A DNA stretch of 64,000 bases. Source: Macrostomum hystrix. Its lineage: Eukaryota > Animalia > Platyhelminthes. Both the position numbers and the translations under genes were made by a program. The notes below the pieces were generated by a model. It was not told the DNA's origin. It did no database searches and saw nothing but the letters and a program-made list of their open reading frames with translations. Location of the stretch: contig CATNEN010000003.1 of NCBI GenBank assembly GCA_950097015.1, forward strand, positions 7,936,001 to 8,000,000, written 5' to 3'. The stretch's first letter is position 1; each line of letters starts with the position of its first letter. Positions 26,266 through 40,413 of the stretch are shown here, piece after piece.

Positions 26266-27752
26266 CTGAAATGATTGTAAAATATGTTATCACGGTTTTT
26301 ACAAGATTAATACAATTTTTAATGGCTTGTCATAAATCTTGAAATAATCAATAATAAAAAATAGAAATGTTGCAAATTCATCTTACAAATAAATTAAGCA
26401 ATTCAGCGTAGCCAATTGGGTAACAAGGTCAAGATGCCAGCAACAAACTATTGTTTGTTGCTTACTAGTGACAGCTTATAATTTGGGTAAACAAAAATAC
26501 CTCTAGCTAATCCTATCTAGCTTTATTGTAGCAAATTTGCACTTTTATGTGCCATATGCAAGTTATTATCTAAGGGTTGCTTTTATTATTATACTGTCTA
26601 ATAGTATTGCATTCTAGGTTTATACTGACAATAAAAAACAATTTTTAACAAGAAAATACTATTATGATAGATAATCAACACACCAAATTATTTGTGGATG
26701 AAGCTAAGGTAATGAAACAATATCTAGCTAGAATAGCCAAGTGAAAATAGGCTCTAATTCATAGTTTAGAACACTCTACATTACCAAAGAAAATGACTGA
26801 GTCCTGTTTTAGTGTACACCAATGTACACCATATAAAATGTGAATTTGAGTAGCTTAAAATGGCTTAACTAATCTTAGGCCCTACTATAACTTTAAAATA
26901 TTTTAATATAACAAAAGCTAAACAGACAGAATGCCAGACCAGTGTACAAAAAAGGAGATAAATAAAAAAAATAATTAATAATTAGTCTTTACATTCTGGT
27001 CTTGAAATTGCTTATTTTTGAATAAACAACTATGTTTAAAGATGAGTATCCTTATAAAAACCAAAATATTGACATTGCTGCAATACAATAGGGCCTATGT
27101 GTTCTTCTTGCAGGTATATTATTATATATATAGCTAAGAGAATATTTTCTTGTTAAATGATCAGTCTATTAAAAGTATGCTAAATTCATTATTAATTTAG
27201 AAAGTTTTTTAGGCCAATTTTGCAAAACATTTATAAGAATTTTGGACCCAGAAAAAAACCTAGTTTACCAGTAAGGCACAAGCCAGGAAAATTTTTCTGG
27301 CTTATGCCTTATGTATGTAAGAGTGCCTAATGGCTATCTAAGATATTCAGATTTTCAATATATGAATATGATATAAATAAGGAAGATATAAATGGTTTAC
27401 TTGTGTCACACATTTTTATAAAAATACTATGAAAATATACTACATGGCAGAAATTATTACTTGTCCTACAACAACAGCAACAACAACAAACTACAGCCAC
27501 TCTGACTGAAGCCAAAGAGCGGGAAGCTGTCAAAAGACACGCACAAGTGTAGACTTGCATAGGAGGATCAGTCCACAAGGGTCAGAGGTGCTGGCACAAG
27601 TCAATAGCATGTCGATGAAGCACTATGCTCTTGCCTGGCTGCACCGCCGTGGTCCCTACAGGGAAAGCAACAGCATATCCTGCAAGGGCTCTGGTCCTAC
27701 AAAAGGCCTACATTCTAGTCGTGGTGCATTGTTGCAACAGTATACAAGTATA

Positions 27753-27937
27753 ACTTGCGCCGACAGTTTCACCAAAAGTTTCCACTGTTTTCTAAACAGT
27801 TTTCCAAAACTGTCAGTGAAAACTGTCCGCAAATGTTTACCAACAGTTTCACCGCAAGTAAATTTAAAGCATTTGAGTTTAGAAAACTCAATTTAGAAAC
27901 CTGTCATTGGAACTGTGGTGAAACTGTCGGTACAAGT
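27753..27937. mobile_element. Small MITE-like inverted repeat
   Basis: acttgcgccgacagtttcacca / tggtgaaactgtcggtacaagt. Confidence 0.6.
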
Positions 27938-28115
27938 AATACTCATAACAGTATTGGTAGCTAGGTCATACAGCTCTAAATAGTTAGCCTAATTGAAGCA
28001 AATATAGGCATAGGCAAAGCTTGGGTAGGTAGGCACGCCTACCTGTCCTTACTACCCTAACTAATTATAAGTTCTAACAAATCCAGACAAAACAATATAA
28101 TGTACATTAACATAA

Positions 28116-28570
28116 GGCAGTTGTTATTTGTCCGGTTAACTGGACAAATAGCCGTTTGATTATTCATCCGGTTAATCGAGGTTGTAGAGGTTGTAGCGCT
28201 ACCACGAGAACCTCTATCATTTGTAAGATAAAATAATTAACAAGCTGCAAAAGGACAGTCATTCAGATTTGAAGTTTGTGTCTCAAATTATTTTCGCTTA
28301 TCAGCTAATTAAAAAATTAAAACCTTTTCCAGAAATTCGGTTGTTTCAGGGACTAACTTAGTTCAAGGGTAGGGGCCTATAGTAGTATAGTTTGGTCTTT
28401 GTGAGGTCAAGACTCAAGATGGCTATTAGCAGGGCAAGAGTGGTCTTTGGGAGGATCGTTGCTCCTGCTCATTAAAAGGGGAGAAATTAAGTCCTTGGGT
28501 GGTTAACTGGTTAACCGGACGAATAACCAAATGGCTATTTGTCCGGTTAACCGGACAAATAACAACTACC
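28116..28570. mobile_element. MITE with ~60-bp TIRs
   Basis: ggcagttgttatttgtccggttaac... / ...gttaaccggacaaataacaactacc; flanking direct repeat ttaacataa. Confidence 0.82.
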
Positions 28571-30085
28571 TTAACATAATAGGCCTAGCTAAAGAGGAAA
28601 AAATAGAAAAAAGAGAAAAATCAGAGGGAATTTGTCCATGCATTACACTTCTAGTCTGGACTCTAGACTAGAGACTAGAGCTATTAGCCATAAAGTAAAT
28701 ATATTCATATAAAGGGTACAGATCAAATTGTCATATGATTATGACGTTTTGCACAAAAGTATCACAATATTCAATTTAATATGACAATATTGACTATTTG
28801 TATAGTCAAGTATTTGCAGATCTCATGCTCATGTTTCAATTCAAGTCAAACAATGACTTGGCTCTATTCTAAGAGCTGTGTGCCTGTTTATAAAACTCAC
28901 AGCATGCACAACAGTCAACAACTTGAAATGTAGTATCAGTGTACTTGTGCATGTGTACATCATGCAAATAATTGACATTGCTATGGAATGACAATGCAAT
29001 AGAAGGGTACATTTAAGTTACATGTACATAGCTACATGCAGAACGAAATTCACATGTTATGTAATGTGCAATGTACTTTGAGTGGCTCAAATGACATTTT
29101 TGTAGAGCCAAGTGAGACAAGGCCAAAATGTATGCTTCGCTTTGCTTATGCTTTCAACAAAGCTGTTTGCGGAGACAATAAAATAACAATATGACGATTT
29201 AGATAATGTTTTTTACAATCCACATATGACGATTTCGGCCGGAGCCATTATAAAGACAAATCTTTAGCATGTAGGCCTATCCAGTTTTGATTTACATTTA
29301 TTAAACGATTATATATTTGTATAGAGTAGAAGATCATGTGTAATTTTTTTAGATAATGGGTAGAATGAAACATCTACAATTTCTGCTTCATGGTGGCGGA
29401 GTAAGGGGTAGTGATAAGAACTACCTTGATAAGAACAAATTAACACGTTTCTAATTCAAACATTAATTTTAAACATTTTAAGCAATCGTGCAGTAAAACA
29501 AAAAAACTAAAACGATACCATCTTACGATAAAAGCTGCTTAGTGTTAATTACAAAAAACGAATTGCTGCTGAGTTGGACTTTGCAACTAAACACAAAAGC
29601 TTAATTACTTTGACCAATCATTCATCGTTCATAGACATGGATATTTGTAACATTTTAGACCCGCTTTGATATTTACAGGTTCTGTTAACAGTGTTACACA
29701 GTAAGGTCGTAGGCCTATACGTGCCGCTGACTAATAAAATTGGGTCTATGTATTTTTTATATAAGAATATGTCAAATCAGATAAAGTATCTATTTTAATT
29801 ACGATGAAACTCTTATCAAGACATCACTCGTTAGACACACTGATGATAAGAATATCAACATGCCAGACCTAATTAATTAGTTTTGTCTATCACATAGCTA
29901 TCTATAAATGTCATATTCTTGTTCATTATTGTAGGGCCTACTCTACATTTTGTTTTATATCAATGATATTATTAGCTATACAGTATATTATATATTCCAT
30001 ATGCTTTAAATATTAGCTATACTTTAGTTACATTACATTATGTCATGTCTTAGGCCCCTATTGTCTTTGTCAGTAACAGGGGGTC

Positions 30086-30366
30086 CATACATGCGCAACA
30101 CCCGGCCGACCCGGCCGAACTGGCCGGGTGAAACGAGGGCCAAGCAAGGTAAGTCGCAAAAACCAATCGACCAAGCGCCAAAAAATCAAAGGGGGGACCA
30201 AGGGACAAAAAAGGAAGGCTTGAAGAAAAGGAAAAAGGGGAGAGAAAAAGAGAGCAAATGAGAGCAAACTAAGTCGTAAATAGAGCAATGAAACGAACTA
30301 AGTCGCAAATGAGAGCAAAAACTAAGTCGCAAGGCTGGCTAAGATTTGGGAGGTTGCGCATGTATG
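30086..30366. mobile_element. hAT-type MITE, copy 1
   Basis: 14-bp TIR catacatgcgcaac/gttgcgcatgtatg; 8-bp TSD agggggtc. Confidence 0.88.
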
Positions 30367-31055
30367 AGGGGGTCAGTGGCAGAGCAGTTTGCCTCTAGCA
30401 CCAAGGTCCGTGAGCTAAATTCAGTGTTAAGGCCACATTCATTTTGGGTGCTGCCAAAGAGAAAATATTTGGAACTTGTTGTGCAATTTTTTCAGTCCAA
30501 GGTCATTTCGGTGACTTGAAGACATTTTGGTGAAAGTCATTTTAGTGACAACTCAAGTCATTTTGGTGACAGACTTGGTCAGTTCAGTGACAACTTTTTT
30601 TGTGCCTAAATATGCTAAAAAAACAGCCTTCCATGTGAAGTATGCACACCTATAAACTATTATTTAATATTAATTTTCTCAGCATATTCAAGTGCATGAA
30701 TATGTCACCAAACTGACCAATTCTGTCACCAAAGCCAAAACAATTGAGTTGTCTCTGAAATGACTGTCACCAAAATGTCTAGTCACCAAGATAACCTGGG
30801 ACCCAATTTACAGCCCTTCAACCCTTAGGCCCCTAAGGAAATGTACAATGCCTGACACTGTCAATGAGAAAGTTAGGTAGATATACACACTACATGCCCG
30901 TGTGAGTATGTGGCTATGTACAGTATCTGAGTGCATGTGTGCTTAGTAGTTTAGCAAAATGCACAAAATTGCCACTTTGTCGGCTGCTAGTTTAGAATGA
31001 CCAATTCATGTGCAATTGCCCACAATCTTTTTGCAATTATTATTATTATTATAAA
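30367..31055 (+). mobile_element. SINE family 1 copy interrupted by a MITE
   Basis: Head ggggtcagtggcagagc; body resumes after 30803; (ATT)n tail ~31036-31052. Confidence 0.7.
30495..30803. mobile_element. MITE with long TIRs made of cattttggtgac subrepeats, inserted in a SINE
   Basis: Inverted ends gtccaaggtcatttcggtgact / agtcaccaagataacctgggac; degenerate caattt.. duplication. Confidence 0.7.
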
Positions 31056-31325
31056 ATTATAATAATTATAAATATAGTTGGTAACCTTTTTTATCATAGC
31101 TTATCATTTTTTTGCTATTACTATTTAGTTTTAGCAAAAAACCTTTTTTGCCTTAAACTGGTTTTGCCGACTTGTAAAGTATTTCAAGATGATACCAATA
31201 CCAAGGCTTAATTAAGTTATCTTTTAATAAAGATAAGTTCTTTTATTTTATTAAATATCTAATAGGCCTCGTTGTTATTATTAGGGGCCTATTCTTAGAA
31301 ATCTTTTCTGGCAAAATTTATTTTT

Positions 31326-31910
31326 TGTTGTTTAAATGCACCAGTTTGTTTAAATACACTGTTTGTTTATCTGCACTGAAAAATATAAAAGTTATACTGA
31401 AATCGCGGAGGTGAGGAGGAGAAGTTTAGTATAAATACACACGAAGCAAAGAGAGATAAACTAACTCGGACAACCTTGGTTGAATAGGAGTTGAAAGTAA
31501 AAGAAAGCTTGAATCTTGGAGTGTTCATATTAAAGTTATTTGAGAAAGAGACATTGCGAAAGAGAAGTAAATAGAGTGAAGAAAAAGCTATAAATCTAGA
31601 TCCATTGGTAAAGCCCAAGGATGGACTGAAGATTGAACTGAAGACTGATAAAGACTGATAAAGATGGATAAAGATTGATACAAGGTACTTATAGAAATAA
31701 TACATTAAGGTTATAAGCAAAAATATAATATAGAAGATAGATACCGGCCATATTGAAAGTATAATGCTACCATATTGAATATATAACCTCTACCAGTTTG
31801 AATTGAAATAAGAAGTGCATAAAGCAAATAATTAAAGACATTCATAAGATTGACATAAAGTGTATAAGGAAAGAAGCCTACAACAACATTGGTGGCATTC
31901 AGTGGAATAT
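31326..31910 (+). mobile_element. Possible LTR followed by a primer-binding-site-like sequence
   Basis: TGTTGT...ACAACA ends (31326-31888), internal TATAAATA, then TTGGTGGCA..GTGGAAT. No gag/pol follows. Confidence 0.35.
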
Positions 31911-33210
31911 TAAATATTATAAGCCCTAGTACAACTTTGCTAACAGCATTAGGATTAAAATTAGCCCTACAACAAATATACTATTTTATTAATTTAGAAT
32001 AAAAAATATAAAAATATATTCAATACATGACAAATTTTGTTAGTTTAACTACAACTGTTTTAATTCTATTATAACACAATTATTGCAACATTGTGGGTTT
32101 AAGCTTATTAGGCCTAGTGGTAAATTTGTGTTTTAATTGATTTAAATAGAAAATGTAATTTTTTAATTCAAGTCTTTATCTTCAGCCCCCTCCCTTATAT
32201 CTTATATCTACTATGCTTGGAACTTGAAAAAACCTACCCAACAACATGTAAATGAGTGTTTAAATCTCTAGAGCTTGAGTCTTAAACACTATACCAGGGA
32301 ATTAAAAAATATAACAGGGCTGATCACATTATCCCCTCTATAGTAACTTATTACATAACACAAGTGGTCTCTCTCCAATGCTTTTACTGGAACCAGTCTC
32401 CACTGAGCATTTCTATGAATCAGAGGGCCAAAGCCTCAAATAATTAAGTCAACACATAACACATTACCAAACCTTATTGTTAAACATTATTTTTTTGCTT
32501 GTTGCCACTCTGGTATGTTGTGCTTTAAAACAAAAAAATCATTATGTATTTAGAAATTCTTTTTGCAAAAATTATACTGTTTTTTACTTTACATAGAAAT
32601 AATATTTAACAAAATGTTTGCATATAAAAAGGCATTTATACCAATTTAATTTTCAAAAAGGATAACATTTATTAAATATAGCGACCCTATTACTGATAAG
32701 TAAGTTTATTATAAGTTTAAATTTAAGTCATTTATTTAAATTAGCCATGGTAATACATAGAAGCAAAATTAGAAAATGGGTTAACAACATAAGGTCATAA
32801 ACTAATTGTAGGTAAAGTTTAAAGTCAATTGTAAAAGCTAAAGTTCTTATACGATTAAAAGTTCAATAAGTTCATTGATTTCATCCCACAATGTAAAATT
32901 TCTAAAATCAAAACATTTCTAAAGGGCTTTAGAACAAATCCTAAGTAGGAAAACTATTTGGGAAACAAAAATTTCCATAAGCATATATATTTTCAAAGTT
33001 TTTTCTAAAATGTTTAGTGTCTGTAATTTCATCAACATTATCTGTGAAGTCTTCAATGGAACTCTATTATTTATTATTTATGTATTGGGGCAAAGCAAAT
33101 AATGCACAGTTGCAGTGGTTCTCTGTGGTTCTCTTCTGTAGCATCTAGTTTTTTATTAAAACAAATGTTTCATTTTATATATATATTTTTTGTCACGCAA
33201 TTATAGGTTT

Positions 33211-35359
33211 ATGTATAAAACAATAATTTCAGGCATAATGAGCAATCTGCTTGGTTGGACACATTCTGGAGTGAATTTTAGCCTAGATGGGGCTGGCGGA
33301 CCAGGCTGTGTTAACTATCTGTCCTGGGTCCAGAAGGTTTGCGAAACCATTCCCTGCCTATTCCTGGCACTGATGCAACTCTGGCTAGGTATAAGCACTA
33401 TTAAAGTAGCTTTAAAACAGCCGGCTAAAACCAATGACAGACTGGGATCCATTCTACTTCGTCTGATTGGTTCTCTGCACATATTAGTGTTTGGTATCGA
33501 GATTGGCTTCAAATTGTCCACTGGTACACTTATCTGGCTGTTCAATCCGTGCCATGTGATAACAATTATTCAGGTTAGTTATTTAATTAGTTTAATGGGT
33601 CCCTAAGCTTGATTCCGCTGGGTGGCTAGTCGTGAAATTTGTGAGAGTGTACACTTCCTGACGATGAGAAAATCAGGGCAGATGTACACACCTGCGTGAG
33701 AGTGTGCCTGCGTACAGAATTGCCTCCTCGCTGGCTGCGGGTCTAGTGTCACTAAATAATGTGCCATTGCCCACAGCTCTCCTGAAATTATTCTTATTAT
33801 TACTATTTTAATAGTTAAATAGAATTCGTGATTTTAAATAGTTTTCTTCTTGAAAAATCTTAATAGATCTCGTTGCTGCTGCTACCGAAATCTTCATTCT
33901 CTATTGGCCTATTTCGTGCAATGATTCACCTGTTGAATGGTCCGCTGCTCGCTTTACTACTGCCGGTAGTCAATACCAGGCTTGTAAGTATATTTTAATT
34001 AAGGCGTGATTTTTTAATACTCTTTAATAATGTTTTGTTTAAAAAAATTCTAGCTGCCCGGAGAGGTTGGTATCTACTATGTGCAGCACGTACTCATTCT
34101 GATTTTGCCTTTATTTCTACTTCTGAATGGTAAGCTGTAGTAATTTTTTACTTATTAAATATTGTCACATAATTCGTTAATGACTCATTGTCTTTTTCTA
34201 TGACTCTCATGCGTTGTCATGGTATTATTCTGACTCATGTTCTCTCATTGTCTAGTTCTATGACTCTTATGTATGTTCTCTCATTGTCTAGTTCTATGAC
34301 TCATGTTGTATCATTGTCTAGTTCTATGACTCATGTTCTCTCATTGTCTAGTTCTATGACTCTTATGTTCTCTCATTGTCTAGTTCTATGACTCTTATGT
34401 TCTCTCATTGTCTAGTTCTATGAGTGTTATGTTCTCTCATTGTCTAGTTCTATGACTCATGTTCTCTCATTGTCTAGTTCTATGACTCTTATGTTCTCTC
34501 ATTGTCTAGTTCTATGACTCTTATGTTCTCTCATTGTCTAGTTCTATGACTCTTATGTTCTCTCATTGTCTAGTTCTATGACTCTTATGTTCTCTCATTG
34601 TCTAGTTCTATGACTCTTATGTATGTTCTCTCATTGTCTAGTTCTATGACTCTTATGTTCTCTCATTGTCTAGTTCTATGACTCTTATGTATGTTCTCTC
34701 ATTGTCTAGTTCTATGACTCTCATGATTTCTAATGTTATTATTCGATGACTCTCATGATTTCTCATGTTATTATTCGATGACTCTCATGATTTCTCATGT
34801 TATCATTCGATGACTCTCATGATTTCTCATGTTATTATTCGATGACTCTCATGTCAGCCCATGGACTTTAATCTCATTTTAGGCAAATTCACAACCGAGC
34901 CCCTGTTAGACTTTTCCTGGGTAACACTGTCCCAGGCCCTGCAAAGCATCTATCATTTCACTGTACTGCAGCCAATTTCGTCGGTAAGTGTTTTTTCTTC
35001 TGCTCATTGTTATATAAATAAGTAGTCTATCTGAGATATTTTTATTTTTTATTTTCAATTCCAATATAAATGAACAATTTCAGACAACCATGGTGAATCT
35101 AGACAGCATTCTTTGCCCGGCAATTTCCGATCCATTCAGAGGCCGTCATTATCGCCTGTGGGCCGTATTTCACCAGATGCTGCAAGTCACAGTGCAGGGC
35201 AAATGTTTGACCTGCGTCTATCATCTGCTATTGCTGGCCATAGTGCCAAGCAAAGCCAAAGTTGAACTATTGCAACAGTCTAAGATTGATATGGACGATA
35301 ATTCCGAAGAGTACAAGGCCCATACAACCAATGGGCTGGGTAATAAGAAAGCCAAATAG
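33211..35359 (+). CDS. TMEM164: Transmembrane protein 164; exons 33211-33573, 33867-33983, 34054-34129, 34883-34983, 35084-35359
   Basis: Motifs W..SGV.....G.GGPGC, EIGFK, NPCH, NG.LLALL.P..NTR, Y..QH and VNL..ILCPAISDPFRG..YRLWA..HQ. Five exons join in frame. Alternative start at 33238. Confidence 0.92.
33597..33810 (+). mobile_element. SINE family 1 internally deleted copy in TMEM164 intron 1
   Basis: Reverse-complement match to 13610-13795. Confidence 0.75.
34180..34852. repeat. ~32-bp minisatellite (tcattgtctagttctatgactcttatgttctc), TMEM164 intron 3
   Basis: Tandem units read directly. Confidence 0.95.
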
Positions 35360-36614
35360 ACTTTTCCAAATAAAGAATTATGATTTCATCATTAACTAAC
35401 GTTGAAATGCACTCTTATTAACACCTATTGTCTTTCTCCCGTCGCAGACTAGTTCTGTGTGCTTAGTTTTATTCTAGTTCCTTCTAGCTACCTTAGTCCA
35501 ATATAACCCTACCGTCTCTTTCCCTTATTTGTTTTGAATAAAGTTTTTTTTGAACATACGTTTCAACTGATATTATTGAGTTCCTTCTGCTAAGTAAAAT
35601 CATAACAATTTTTTTAATTTAATAAATATGCGAAATGCTACCTACTGGAAGTAGTATTTGTTGGTATTTGTGTTTTTATAGTAGGAGACTGTATCTTATA
35701 AAAAGTTTTTTTTCTAAAGAGAGTACTTATTTTTACGGTGCAGCTGTCGATTTCCTGGAAATTTCACGTTGCTCTTATAAAGGACACAGTTCTAACTGTG
35801 GAAAACGAAAATTTCAATGTGACTGAATTGAAAACGAAAATTATAGGCTTTACCTTTGTTGTCTACTGTAAGTAGCTATTTTAACTTATTTATGGAACCT
35901 GTAGTTTTATTTGTACATAGCTAGTGAAATAGTTTAGCTAAACTGTGTTCTGTAAGTGTTTTCTATTAAAATGGAACTAATTATATTAGATTAGACATCG
36001 TATATTCTTGTTTGTGCAATCTAGTTTCCGTTTCTCGCCACTTAAGAGGTTACTTGAGGTTTTTTATAGTAGCATTTTTCTTCTTATTTCACAACTATCA
36101 GCTGTTGTTAGAAAAATGTTTATTTCTAGTCTACTTATACATAGCTATTCAATTAAATAGTAATTATTAATTTGGACCTATTAAATTTGCTAAATAATAT
36201 TTTCATTGATTCACTTATCTTTTTTGCTAGTTTTATGAAACACAGATTATACTATTTTACTTTATCTAAAAGAATAACACGTTAATTTTTAGCAGCATTG
36301 TAGCCTCTCCGTTATTATAACACAATTTGAATTGGTAAATGTCCAATGCTAAAATTGGCCCGTTCTGAATCAAATATACACGTTATCGTACAACACAAAC
36401 TTTTTTATTAAGCTTCACACTAATAAAATAATGGTTTGATTTTAATATAATTTTTATTTACATCGTTGTGTTTTTAGACCACAAATATTTTCAATACCTT
36501 AGCGTCACTGCCTCCACGTTCTTCGTAAAATAGCGGTTTACTTTTTCTTAAAACTCATTGATTCCTTATTTCTTCGAAACCTTCAGCTCTCTATATATTG
36601 TATATTTGTCAAAA

Positions 36615-37292
36615 GCCTAATGCTATCGGTTTCTTAGAAACCTACTGCTATCGGTTTCTTGGAAACCTACTGCTATCGGTTTCTTGGAAACCTACTGCTA
36701 TCGGTTTCTTGGAAACCTACTGCTATCGGTTTCTTGGAAACCTGCTATCGGTTTCTTGGAAACCTGCTATCGGTTTCTTGGAAACCTGCTATCGGTTTCT
36801 TGGAAACCTGCTATCGGTTTCTTGGAAACCTACTGCTATCGGTTTCTTGGGAACCTACTGCTATCGGTTTCTTGGAAACCTACTGCTATCGGTTTCTTGG
36901 GAACCTACTGCTATCGGTTTCTTTGGAACCTACTCTATCGGTTTCTTGGGAACCTACTGCTATCGGTTTCTTGGAAACCTACTGCTATCGGTTTTTTGGG
37001 AACCTACTGCTATCGGTTTCTTGTAAACCTACTGCTATCGGTTTCTTGGAAACCTACTGCTATCGGTTTCTTGGAAACCTACTGCTATCGGTTTCTTGGA
37101 AACCTGCTATCGGTTTCTTGGAAACCTGCTATCGGTTTCTTGGAAACCTGCTATCGGTTTCTTGGAAACCTGCTATCGGTTTCTTGGAAACCTACTGCTA
37201 TCGGTTTCTTGGGAACCTACTGCTATCGGTTTCTTGGGAACCTACTGATATCGGTTTCTTGGGAACCTACTTCTTTTGTCTTATTGGAACCT
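36615..37292. repeat. 22/25-bp minisatellite (ggtttcttggaaacct[act]gctatc) upstream of MRPL15
   Basis: Each unit contains the hairpin ggtttc-ttg-gaaacc. Confidence 0.95.
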
Positions 37293-37498
37293 AACTGCTT
37301 CCACTTCCTTCAAAATCCAAAGCTTTTGGATTCTTTAAAACTTACTGTTCTTAACAAAAAAGCTAGTTTTAATTTTCTTAGAAACATACTTTGACTTAGA
37401 TTTCTTGTGCGTATTCAGTCATTCAGTACTACATTCAGTACTACTTTCAACTTCTAAATGCAAAACTTTTTTTCAGGCTCTGTAAACTATAAGCGGCA

Positions 37499-39092
37499 AT
37501 GTCGGTCCGAAGCAAGCTGTCTTTAATTCGTCAAATGCCGAAGATTGATTTGTACAGTTCCAGGCAGACTGAACGCTTTGATCCTCATGGTGAGAGGCAC
37601 TATATTAAGCGTTTCAATTTCGGCGGCAGCGACATCTGGGGCGAGAAATGGGGCGAAAGGCAAAGCTGGCTGCCAATTGGCAATCATAGGCGTAAGATGC
37701 CATTCTATCTAGCTATTCCTAGCGAGCCCTACAATGCTGATTGGCTACAACGTAGGGAGCTAGTTCGCATCACCCTGCACGACCTGCAACGCTTAGTGGA
37801 CCTGGGTCGCATTGATCCTACCAAACCGGTGAGCTAACTGTACTGGTTGGGGCTAATGTACAGCTGAAATGTCCGATTGTTTTTAGTGTCCACGGACAGT
37901 TAAAATGCCGGCAACTATCCATCTAGAATTTAGGTGTTTTTTAGCGTCTATAGACAACTGGAGTATCCTAAAGTTTTTAGCGTCCTGGACAGTTGGAATA
38001 TTCTCGTGATGTTTTGTTTCCATAGACAACTGGAGTAGCCTAGTGTTTTTATAGTGTCCATGGACAAGTGGAGTATCCTAGTGTTTTTATAGTGTCCATA
38101 GACAAGTGGAGTATCCTAGTGTTTTTATAGTGTCCATAGACAAGTGGAGTATCCTAGTGTTTTTATAGTGTCCATGGACAAGTGGAGTATCCTAGTGTTT
38201 TTATAGTGTCCATAGACAAGTGGAGTATCCTAGTGTTTTTTATAGTGTCCATAGACAGGTGGAGTATCTTAGTGGGTTTTTAGTGTCCATAGACAACTTG
38301 AGTATCCTAGTGTTTTTATAGTGTCCATGGACAAGTGGAGTATCTTAGTGTTTTTATAGTGTCCATAGACAACTGGAGTATCCTAGTGTTTTAATTAGAA
38401 AACTAAAATACTTGTATTTTTGCACTCCACAGACAGCTAGAGTTTCAGTTGATTTTCACGTCCATAGACAGAAAAGCGCTAGTTGTTAACTGGTGTCCAT
38501 GGACAACTTACTACCTGTTGTTTTTTTAATATCTAAACGCCCTTAACAGGTGGACCTGACAAACATAGCCACTACGCATTTGAATCCACTAGAGGAGCGC
38601 CAATACGGCTATCACCTAACAGACGAAGCTGGCGTAGACACTCTAGTCACACGTTTCGCATGCCTAGAGGTGCAATACGCATCGGAGGCTGCAATAGCCG
38701 CTATTGAACGCTGCGGCGGTCGCATTGTTTGCCGATTCTACGATCTAGCCAGCGTTGCTGCAAAATCTGATCCCAAAGGCTTCTTTGCCACTGGCCAGCC
38801 TGTGCCAGCCTGCAAACTGCCGCCTAGTTCGGCCATAGACTACTACTCAAGCGCCGAGTCTAGAGGCTATTTAGCTTCTCAGGCCGATATTGAGCGGTGC
38901 CGAGACGAGTTAGCTCAGAAGTATGGCTACGCCTTGCCAAAGTCTAACAATATCGATGCTAAGCTAGGAGACAAATCACCCAGACAGATATTCTATGGTT
39001 TAGAGCCGGGCTGTGTTGTTAACATGGCTGATAGGCTAGTTTACAAACCGCGCAGTCCGGATGTGCTAGCTCATTATCAGAGGCCTGTTTAA
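37499..39092 (+). CDS. MRPL15: Mitochondrial ribosomal protein uL15m; exons 37499-37828, 38550-39092
   Basis: PFYLAIP, LQRLVDLGRIDP, EVQYASEAAIAAIE..GG, RGYLA, LAQKYGY and PRQIFYGLEPG.VVNMAD. Phase-0 GT-AG intron. Confidence 0.93.
37885..38395. repeat. 38-bp minisatellite, MRPL15 intron
   Basis: gtccatagacaagtggagtatcctagtgtttttatagt units. Confidence 0.92.
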
Positions 39093-40413
39093 CAGTAGAA
39101 GGAACACGCCATTGGTCCCACTGGGGAAATACCAAGGGGGTATTTCAAATACCCACTGCCTACTTCACGATTTTCGTGAAAGTTAAAATATAGATATAAA
39201 TTTCTGGAATTTCTGAATTCTGGAATTGAGTTTATCGGATAAAGCGGAAAATGTGAGGCTGTGCTCAGTATTTTTATGGCGATAGGGTAAATATTTTAGC
39301 AGACAAAAACAAAATGGTTTTTCTACGGTTAACTGTTGACGCTTTCATATGTTTGGCTAATCTAGAACTGGATTGATTACAAAGTCTCTTTTTTTGGTCA
39401 ATACCAAACAATGTCGTTTATTATATTTTTTCTATTTTTATCACCAACCATCTTCTTGTTAGCATTTGAAATATAGTGTAATTTCCTAGAAAAAATACCT
39501 GTAATTATAGTACTTTTTTCGTTTCGCACTACTGAATGTTAAAAGTAGTACAATTAAAAATTTCGGACAACTAACAAATTAAATTTAATAAAAGCCTTGT
39601 CATTGTCGTATCTATTGTGTCGGATTGCGGCAAAAAAGTCTACGACGAAATGAAATACAATGTTATAAAATGGCAGTTTATTGTGGATGTGCATTGCGAA
39701 ATACTTATATTTTCTTGGATAAACAAAATATTCATTTACCCAGTTCGCTCATCTTGCTTTTACCATTTTGAATTATTGTTTTAAAAAAACGAAAAAAAAC
39801 ACAATTTAGAGACTTTAGAAGCTTTTAGTTTCATAGTTTTAGGATTTTAAATCAATTAATTTAAAAGATTTACCTTCCTATTTCTAAAAAATGAAACAAA
39901 ACAGGAAAAAGGGATTTTTCGTTTATATAGTCACAAAAATCGATATCTTTGAGTTCTTAAAAATTATTTACGCGGTTAAGAAAATCATATTTTAGTTTTA
40001 TTATCCTTTGTGACTTGATTTAGCTGCAATAAGAAAATGTATTTTTAGTACAATCTTGTATGTATTGCTTCAAGTGGCGCAAATGCTGTCTGCACACGCT
40101 GTCTGTTCTGCAGGAACTGGGTTTTTACTTGGAAAATCCGAGTCACTGAACAAGCCGTGTGCAGCCACCCCAACCCTACCTTGTCTAGTACAGTTGATAG
40201 AGATGGCCTATAGTACCCTTATTTAGGCGGTACCCTTATTATATTGTATATAACATAGGATTTTCCTATTAAGTTGTGTAGTATTGCATTTCCTATGGCT
40301 ATCTAAATAGACAGAGTTTTCCTAGAAATCGCATCATTATTGATATTGAGAATTTTCTCTTTCTATAGGACAAATTTCTATTTAAACATGTCGTCTAAAT
40401 TATATTATAGTCG

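Noticed and set aside
36615-38395. Palindrome-containing 25-38-bp repeats as CRISPR arrays
   Set aside because: Units are head-to-tail with no unique spacers, there are no cas genes, and the context is a eukaryotic intron or intergenic region.
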